Source: Cyanobacteria bacterium auto_48_18
GTDB taxonomy: Bacteria; Cyanobacteriota; Vampirovibrionia; Obscuribacterales; Obscuribacteraceae
NCBI GenBank assembly: GCA_036170915.1
Contig: JAVHQC010000029.1
Coordinates: 32,001 to 96,000, forward strand
DNA length: 64,000 bases
Direction: 5' to 3'
Shown here: piece after piece, positions 57,972 to 64,000 of the stretch
Layout: each line of letters starts with the position of its first letter
Numbering within the stretch: the first letter of the stretch is position 1
Program-made: the position numbers and the translations under genes
Notes under the pieces: model-generated
What the model saw: only the letters and a program-made list of their open reading frames with translations
Told to the model about the DNA's origin: nothing
The model's database searches: none

Positions 57972-60887
57972 ATGCCGAAGACGAGCACATCTGAAACTAA
58001 GCCAGATTCAGGGCTAGAGCCAGACTCAGGTACCGAGATACCGCGAGAGCTTCTACTTTATTTGCACACTCACTGGGATAGAGAGTGGTACTGGAGCTTT
58101 GGTGCTTATCGCACTCAACTGATTCAAGTGGTGCTCTCAATCATTGAAAAATTAGAAAGCGGCGAACTTGCCAATTTCATGCTCGACGGCCAGACCTGTC
58201 TGCTGGAAGATCTGGAAGAAATGGTGCCCGGGCTTAACTTGTCTGCTCGCATCACTGCTCTGGTGCAACATAACAAACTTTCCATCGGTCCCTGGTATGT
58301 GCTGGCCGATCAGCTGCTGGTTGGCGGCGAGAGCCTGGTGCGCAATTTAGATTTCGGCATTAAGGCAAGCAATGCCGTGGGCAGAGCAGCCATGGTGGGC
58401 TATTGCCCAGATACTTTTGGTCACAGCGCCGACCTGCCCCGCATTCTCAAAGGCTTTGGCATAGACAATGCGGTGGTCTGGCGCGGCGTGCCACCACTGA
58501 CAAACGGACCGCTCTTTCTCTGGCAGAGTGCCGATGGTTCAGAAGTGCTCGCCCATCAACTAGCGCGCGGATACTATCAAACAGCCTTTCACGAAGACGT
58601 AAGCAGCAAACAACTGACTGATTATTTGCTCAGTTTTGTGGCTGATGAAACCCTCACGTATTCGCCAGAAATGAGAGCGGCTCTGGTTCCTGTAGGTGGT
58701 GATCACCTGCGGCCGCCATCCAATTACAAGACACAATTACAAGGCGCACTCTCCAGCAGCGAGAAAAAACTTACTGCCACCACTGTTAGCCTTGAACAAT
58801 TTTTTGAAAAAGCCAAAAGAGATTTTGCAGCAGATTTAAGCCCGCTGCAATTGGTGCAGGGAGAACTGCGCGACAATGCCGCGGCCTTTGCCTGTGAACG
58901 AGCGTACATGCTCGCAGGTGTGCTTTCAACCAGGCTGTATCTTAAGCGCGAAAACCGCCTGCTCGAGCATGCTTTGCTGAAAAAAATTGAACCGCTGCGT
59001 GCCATGACCGCCCTTGCCGGCATTATTGAATATCCGCAGTACGAGCTTGATTTCAGCTGGAAATTACTATTGAAAAATCATCCTCACGACAGCATCTGCG
59101 GTTGCAGCATTGATGAAGTGCACGATGAAATGCAGGCCCGCAGCAAAAGCTTAAACGGTCAGCTGGCGGTTCTTTATCGCCAGGCTCAAGAAGCTTTAGT
59201 TAGAACACTGGCACCAGATTTAAAAACCGCACGTCTTGGTCTAAATGCCATGACCGTCATGGACCCTGCTGAAAAGCCAAATACTCTGGTCACTGTTAAC
59301 ACCAGCGGCAATAAGGTCTCAATGCCTGTGGCCGTTCGTTTAGCTTTACTAGATGATGAACATTATTCTGGTGAAATAGCAGTTCCCGACGGCTTGCAAG
59401 TAGTGCACAAAGAAAAAGCCACGGAAGCCTTTTTAGAGTTATCTGGTGTGCCATTATTTAAAAATATCGAACTGATCGATGCATTTGTTTATGCAGAAAA
59501 CATGGCGCCGTTTTCAATCACACATTTAAAGACGGCCAGCTCGATTTTTGACGGTAAGTCAAAAGCCGCCTGCAAAATTAAAGACTACAGCAATGGCTTT
59601 GACGGCCTGGCTCTATGCAACCAATTCTTCACAGTTTATATAGATAAAAAAGGGCAACTGCTTGTTAAAGAGAGCAGAGTAGAAGCCGAATCTGAAGCAG
59701 ATGCGAAACCAGAAGCAAAAGCAGAAACAAAACCAGAAGCAACTCTGCACAAACTGGGTCATCGTCTCATTGACACCGGTGATGGTGGCGACACATACAA
59801 TTATGACCCTATTGCCCTGGACAAACCAGTGGAAGCCAAAGTAGTGTCAGTCTCGTCCGGGCTAGCTGGCCCGCTAGTAGCTTCCATTTTTGTAGAGTAC
59901 GAAATCGATTTACCTCAGGGCTTAAAGCAAGACAAAAACCCAGGACAGCAGAGGCGCAAAGGTGAAGCAGAAAGCACGCCAGCTCTGATTAACCTGAAGC
60001 GCAGCAACAAAACAATAAAGCATAAAATTGTCACTGAAATTACACTTAAAGCAAATGTTCCAATAGTCTATTTTGATACGCGATGGAAAAATAAAGCCAG
60101 CGATCACAGATTGGAAATTGTTTTTTCTACACCACAGAAACTGACAAAGACATTTAGCGAAAATCATTACAGCGTGATTGAAAGAGCTGTGGCTCGAAAA
60201 GTTGATCTCAACCCGGTTTACTCCACAGAAGCCTTTGTACCTCTTGGTCACGAGGGCACGCTCAACCGCTACCCTTGCCAGCGGTTTTTTGTGGCGCACG
60301 ATTATTGCTTCCTCAATAGCGGTTTGCCTGAATATGGTGCCGCCGGCAGCGACGTTTCCATTACTCTGCTCCGGGCCGTAAGTTATCTCTCGCGCAATCG
60401 ATTGCGCACTCGCGGCGGCGGCGCCGGACCAAACATCGCCACACCTGGCGCCAATAGCATTGGTAAAAACCACGTGTCATACGGCTGGGCGCCACTACAG
60501 CAAGATCATCACTCTGGCGGCAATTTTGCCGAAGCCTACAGCCTGGCAGAAATTTACGAAGAGCCCCTCACTGCTTTTCTAGTGCCGGCAGCAGCCAAAA
60601 CCGAGACTATGCCCAAGACCACCATGCTGGGTAAAAGCTTCTTTGCTCTCGATAACGATGCCATAAAAATTATGGCTTCATTTATAGATGAAGCGGGCAA
60701 AATGACTCTGAGGCTGCTAAACGTGTCTGGCTGGGAACAGTCTGCTAAATTGGAAGGGGCGGAGCGCATCAGTTTGCATCAACTTGACGGCAGCCCAGCC
60801 AGCGAAACAAACGCATCTTTGACACTCATATTTAAACCGTGGCAATTGCTTACCGTCAAAATCATGGAACCGGCTAGAAAATCATGA
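57972..60887 (+). CDS. GH38 alpha-mannosidase (MngB/mannosylglycerate hydrolase-like)
   Basis: HTHWDREWY, LDGQ, GPWYV, PDTFGH, GGDH, HPHDSICGCSIDEVH, DGGDTYNY and ITLLRAV. Confidence 0.9.
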   Translation: MPKTSTSETKPDSGLEPDSGTEIPRELLLYLHTHWDREWYWSFGAYRTQLIQVVLSIIEKLESGELANFMLDGQTCLLEDLEEMVPGLNLSARITALVQHNKLSIGPWYVLADQLLVGGESLVRNLDFGIKASNAVGRAAMVGYCPDTFGHSADLPRILKGFGIDNAVVWRGVPPLTNGPLFLWQSADGSEVLAHQLARGYYQTAFHEDVSSKQLTDYLLSFVADETLTYSPEMRAALVPVGGDHLRPPSNYKTQLQGALSSSEKKLTATTVSLEQFFEKAKRDFAADLSPLQLVQGELRDNAAAFACERAYMLAGVLSTRLYLKRENRLLEHALLKKIEPLRAMTALAGIIEYPQYELDFSWKLLLKNHPHDSICGCSIDEVHDEMQARSKSLNGQLAVLYRQAQEALVRTLAPDLKTARLGLNAMTVMDPAEKPNTLVTVNTSGNKVSMPVAVRLALLDDEHYSGEIAVPDGLQVVHKEKATEAFLELSGVPLFKNIELIDAFVYAENMAPFSITHLKTASSIFDGKSKAACKIKDYSNGFDGLALCNQFFTVYIDKKGQLLVKESRVEAESEADAKPEAKAETKPEATLHKLGHRLIDTGDGGDTYNYDPIALDKPVEAKVVSVSSGLAGPLVASIFVEYEIDLPQGLKQDKNPGQQRRKGEAESTPALINLKRSNKTIKHKIVTEITLKANVPIVYFDTRWKNKASDHRLEIVFSTPQKLTKTFSENHYSVIERAVARKVDLNPVYSTEAFVPLGHEGTLNRYPCQRFFVAHDYCFLNSGLPEYGAAGSDVSITLLRAVSYLSRNRLRTRGGGAGPNIATPGANSIGKNHVSYGWAPLQQDHHSGGNFAEAYSLAEIYEEPLTAFLVPAAAKTETMPKTTMLGKSFFALDNDAIKIMASFIDEAGKMTLRLLNVSGWEQSAKLEGAERISLHQLDGSPASETNASLTLIFKPWQLLTVKIMEPARKS

Positions 60888-61804
60888 TCTACAAAAAACA
60901 AATCGTTGCCAGTCTAGCCTTGCTTCTGCTCGCGGCGCAAAATGTGCAGGCCGCGGGAGGCGGCGCTTACCCTGATTCCAATTTGCCTGAAGAAGGTCAA
61001 AAAGCACTACAACGCGCCGTCAGCGCCATGAAGGCAAAAAACTATTCAAAGGCTCAAGAAGCCGTGCAATCAGCCGCCGCCTCAGCCACAGACGCTCAAG
61101 GATGTTTGTTCATTATCAAAACGTTGAGCGGTTTTGGTGGCATGGCCAATAAAATGAAACGTCCGGCAGTAGAGCGCGCGATGTCTCTGGCCACCACCAA
61201 TGAAGAAATAATGGCTGTGGCTAAACATGCCAGAGAAGCAGAAATGTATGACTTAGCCAAGCACACCACTGATAAGCTAGTTTCTTCGTCAAACTCTTTT
61301 ACCGATTTGATGGCTGTTGCCCACCAGGCCCACGCCGCAGCCAATGCTGATTCTGTGCATCTGGCTTTGAAAAAAGCTTACAGTACAATCAACAACGAAC
61401 CAGACGCTCTCGATTTTATTCGCCAGGCTCACGGTTTAGGCATTGATCATCTCTCGCAAAAAGCGGCAAAAGATTTGATTGAAGATCAAACCACGGCAGT
61501 AGAGTTAGTCGCTTTAGCCAATAAGCTCGAAACTATAGCTTTGCCCCACCTTGTGCGCGAAGCTCTTGAGGCGGCTTTAGACAAGGCGAAAACAGTAAGT
61601 GACTACGTGGCCATTTTTGAAGCGGCCAAGCATTTTGAATATGCCGATATTGTCAAAGTAGCAACCTATCGTGGTCGCAAACTGACAATCATAAACAAGA
61701 TTAAAAACCAGGCCGAGAATACTCCTGAAGCACTGGCCGATCAAAGACGCAAAACCAGAGATGAAGTCAATCGCGCCACTCTGGCCAAACCCAGCGGCTT
61801 CTAA
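60884..61804 (+). CDS. Secreted alpha-helical repeat hypothetical protein
   Basis: ATGA overlap with the GH38 gene, signal peptide (…NVQA) and regular helical repeats. Confidence 0.75.
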   Translation: MIYKKQIVASLALLLLAAQNVQAAGGGAYPDSNLPEEGQKALQRAVSAMKAKNYSKAQEAVQSAAASATDAQGCLFIIKTLSGFGGMANKMKRPAVERAMSLATTNEEIMAVAKHAREAEMYDLAKHTTDKLVSSSNSFTDLMAVAHQAHAAANADSVHLALKKAYSTINNEPDALDFIRQAHGLGIDHLSQKAAKDLIEDQTTAVELVALANKLETIALPHLVREALEAALDKAKTVSDYVAIFEAAKHFEYADIVKVATYRGRKLTIINKIKNQAENTPEALADQRRKTRDEVNRATLAKPSGF

Positions 61805-63375
61805 TGGCGAATGCAATTTCAGAAAATCACTCGCCGCCGGAGAGTAAAGCAGCGCTATTTTTGCCTAATGTAGGCGACCTGCTTTTTGTGGGAGTGTGTC
61901 AGCTACTACTTTTTATGCGGCCCACTTTTATTTTTAGTGACGGGTCCACGGGTTGGCACCTGGCCACCGGATTTAAAATATTAAGTGACCATGCCATTCC
62001 TCATCAAGATTTTTTGTCTTACACATTTGCCGGTAAAGAATGGGTAGCCTACGAATGGCTATCTGATTTGTTCATGGCCAGCCTGGTGCATTTGGGTGGT
62101 TTGAATCTTCTGGCTGTGATGGTGACCATTTCTGTTGCCTCGCTCACCCTTGCCCTGTATCAGAAAGTAAGAGAAGGAGGCAGTAATTTTCTACTTGCCC
62201 TCTTTTTCTCCACCGTAGGTTTACTCACCGCCGCCATTCACTGGCTTACGCGACCACACATATTTACTTTCTGGGGAGTTTATCTTTTCACCACCAGACT
62301 TGAGGCTTTCTATAGCGGCAAGCGCAGCTTTAAATGGCTTGCAGCCTGGCTTTTGCCTTACATGGTACTCTGGGTCAATTGTCATCCGGCATTTTTGCTT
62401 GCCTTTGCCATCACCGGACTTTATCTACTAATTGTTTTATTGCGCGGCATCACTGCCGATAATCAATCTCTGCGCCAGGGCAAATTAAAGCAAGCCGGGC
62501 AGCTGGCACTACTGCTGGTGCTTTTGCTACTGGTCAGCCTGGCGAATCCTTATGGCTTGACCTTATATCACTATATTGGCGAATACCTGCACGGTACGAG
62601 CATTCTGGCCCAAACCGACGAGTTTAAACCGCCAAATTTCCTCCTTAATTTTCATGCTTATTGCCTGGCGATATTAATGGCATGTACCGCAGTTGGTTTG
62701 TGTTTTGGCAGAAAGAAACTAAGCTTGCCGGCCCTGGCTTTGACCGTAGTTTTTGCTTATCTGGCACTATCGGCGGTGCGTCACATGCCCCTTTTTGTCA
62801 TAGTCGTTTTGCCTGTATTAGGAATTTTATATAGCGGCTTCCAGTTTAATGCCGCTAAAACACCAGCTCTTCTTAAATCGTTTGTCGCAGGCGCGCAAGG
62901 CTTTGACGCAGAAGAAAAAAAATCAAATATGCATCTTTTGCCATGGCTTTATTCCATCATCATTATCATCATGGCTCTGGCGACACCGCAGCAGGGGCCG
63001 GAAGCCATGCTCAAAGCCGGTTTTGACGACAAACTGGCACCAAGCAACACTCTTGATTATATTGCCGCTCATAAAATGCCCGCAGTGGGTGGGTTTAATT
63101 TCGACAACTGGGGTGGTCTGATTCGCTACAAACTTGGCATGCCTGTTTATATCGATGACCGCGCTGACTTTTATGGCGAAAAATTTTATAGTGAATATGG
63201 CATCATTTGCGAAACCAGACCCGGCTGGCATCAACTTCTTGAACTGCGTAAAATCAGCTGGGTACTTTTTCCAAAAGATTCATTGCTGATTAAACAATTG
63301 AAAGAGCGCAAAGATTGGAGCACTGCCTGTGAAGATGGTGCAGCCACATTGATGGTTAAAATCACTAAAAACTAA
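61804..63375 (+). CDS. Polytopic membrane protein, GT-C-like
   Basis: D..GWHLATG, YEWLSD, RPHIFT, LWVNCH, NPYG and YIDDRADFY with more than 10 TM helices. TAATG translational coupling. Confidence 0.7.
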   Translation: MANAISENHSPPESKAALFLPNVGDLLFVGVCQLLLFMRPTFIFSDGSTGWHLATGFKILSDHAIPHQDFLSYTFAGKEWVAYEWLSDLFMASLVHLGGLNLLAVMVTISVASLTLALYQKVREGGSNFLLALFFSTVGLLTAAIHWLTRPHIFTFWGVYLFTTRLEAFYSGKRSFKWLAAWLLPYMVLWVNCHPAFLLAFAITGLYLLIVLLRGITADNQSLRQGKLKQAGQLALLLVLLLLVSLANPYGLTLYHYIGEYLHGTSILAQTDEFKPPNFLLNFHAYCLAILMACTAVGLCFGRKKLSLPALALTVVFAYLALSAVRHMPLFVIVVLPVLGILYSGFQFNAAKTPALLKSFVAGAQGFDAEEKKSNMHLLPWLYSIIIIIMALATPQQGPEAMLKAGFDDKLAPSNTLDYIAAHKMPAVGGFNFDNWGGLIRYKLGMPVYIDDRADFYGEKFYSEYGIICETRPGWHQLLELRKISWVLFPKDSLLIKQLKERKDWSTACEDGAATLMVKITKN

Positions 63376-63404
63376 AATTAGATTTGCATTGCACTGGAGG
63401 ATAA

Positions 63405-64000
63405 ATGTCACGTCGAGTAGTTTTATATGTGGCCAGCAGTCTTGACGGCTTTATCGCCCGTGAAGATGGTGCGGTAGACTGGCTCTTTGACCCGTATGCC
63501 CATGGCTATGAATTTTTCTATGAAGATATCGATACGGTGATCATGGGTCGCAAAACTTACGATCAAGCCAAAACATTTGAAGACGCGCCATATTCGTCAA
63601 AACGCGCCATTGTCTTTTCGCGCATGGCCACATTGTCACCTTACGAAGGGCTGGAATACACAACTCGCCCGCCTGAAGTGGTGGTCAAAGAATTGAAAGA
63701 AGAAGAGGGTGGCATGATCTGGCTGGTGGGTGGTCGCGAAATTAGCGAACTGCTGATTGCCAACCAACTGGTAGACGAATTAATAGTCTCAGTGCATCCC
63801 AAAATTTTGGTTAAAGGCATTCCGCTGGTGTCTTCCATGGAGGCACAATGCGACCTTAAATTAGTTACTTATGAGGTCTTCAAAAGCGGTCTGGTTCAAC
63901 TACGCTATGAGATTTTGAAAGAAGATAAAAAGGTGGAAGCCACACAGGCAAAGGCAGAAGCAAAGGCTGAGCCAAAAACTAAAACTCGAGCAAAGGCCAA
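63405..64000 (+). CDS. Dihydrofolate reductase/RibD C-terminal family protein, truncated by the window end
   Basis: GGAGG RBS; MSRRVVLYVASSLDGFIA, IMGRKTY, IWLVGG and LVDELI. No stop before 64000, so it is absent from the ORF track. Confidence 0.88.
   Translation, partial: MSRRVVLYVASSLDGFIAREDGAVDWLFDPYAHGYEFFYEDIDTVIMGRKTYDQAKTFEDAPYSSKRAIVFSRMATLSPYEGLEYTTRPPEVVVKELKEEEGGMIWLVGGREISELLIANQLVDELIVSVHPKILVKGIPLVSSMEAQCDLKLVTYEVFKSGLVQLRYEILKEDKKVEATQAKAEAKAEPKTKTRAKA

Noticed and set aside
1..64000. CRISPR arrays, rRNA, IS elements, prophage
   Set aside because: I saw no regularly spaced repeat-spacer units, rRNA signatures, transposases, integrases or phage structural genes.

Overview
This 64-kb window is gene-dense bacterial chromosome with about 50 CDS and 2 tRNAs (Ser-GGA, Leu-GAG). 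I found no rRNA, CRISPR array, transposase, integrase or phage gene. Housekeeping genes include recG, mglA, rpmB, hslO, prmC, prfA, tpiA, lipA, cobS, ltaE, lysC, murA, a HerA-type ATPase, an RluD-type synthase, lspA, mdh and a PatA-like aminotransferase. They are interleaved with many secreted, TPR or repeat proteins: a WG-repeat pair, an alpha-2-macroglobulin with an intact CSEQ thioester motif, PDZ and PDZ-vWA proteins, and MshEN-repeat proteins. The cyanobacterial-style RecG N-terminus, HerA and NTF2-like protein, with no photosynthesis genes in the window, suggest a non-photosynthetic Cyanobacteriota relative (Vampirovibrionia/Obscuribacterales-like); this is inference only. The best candidate for an undescribed system is at 37.2-42.9 kb: a protein with four tandem MshEN-like (c-di-GMP-binding) domains plus TPRs, transcribed divergently from two secreted paralogues with a shared C-terminal motif and a PDZ-vWA protein. 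Other leads are an orphan MglA, a second LysM-like/MshEN-like protein, a 21-bp direct repeat bracketing the macroglobulin gene, a recurring ECF-type promoter motif, and a TIM-barrel isomerase homologue that appears to lack its metal ligands. All functional calls come from motif recognition by eye; no searches were run.
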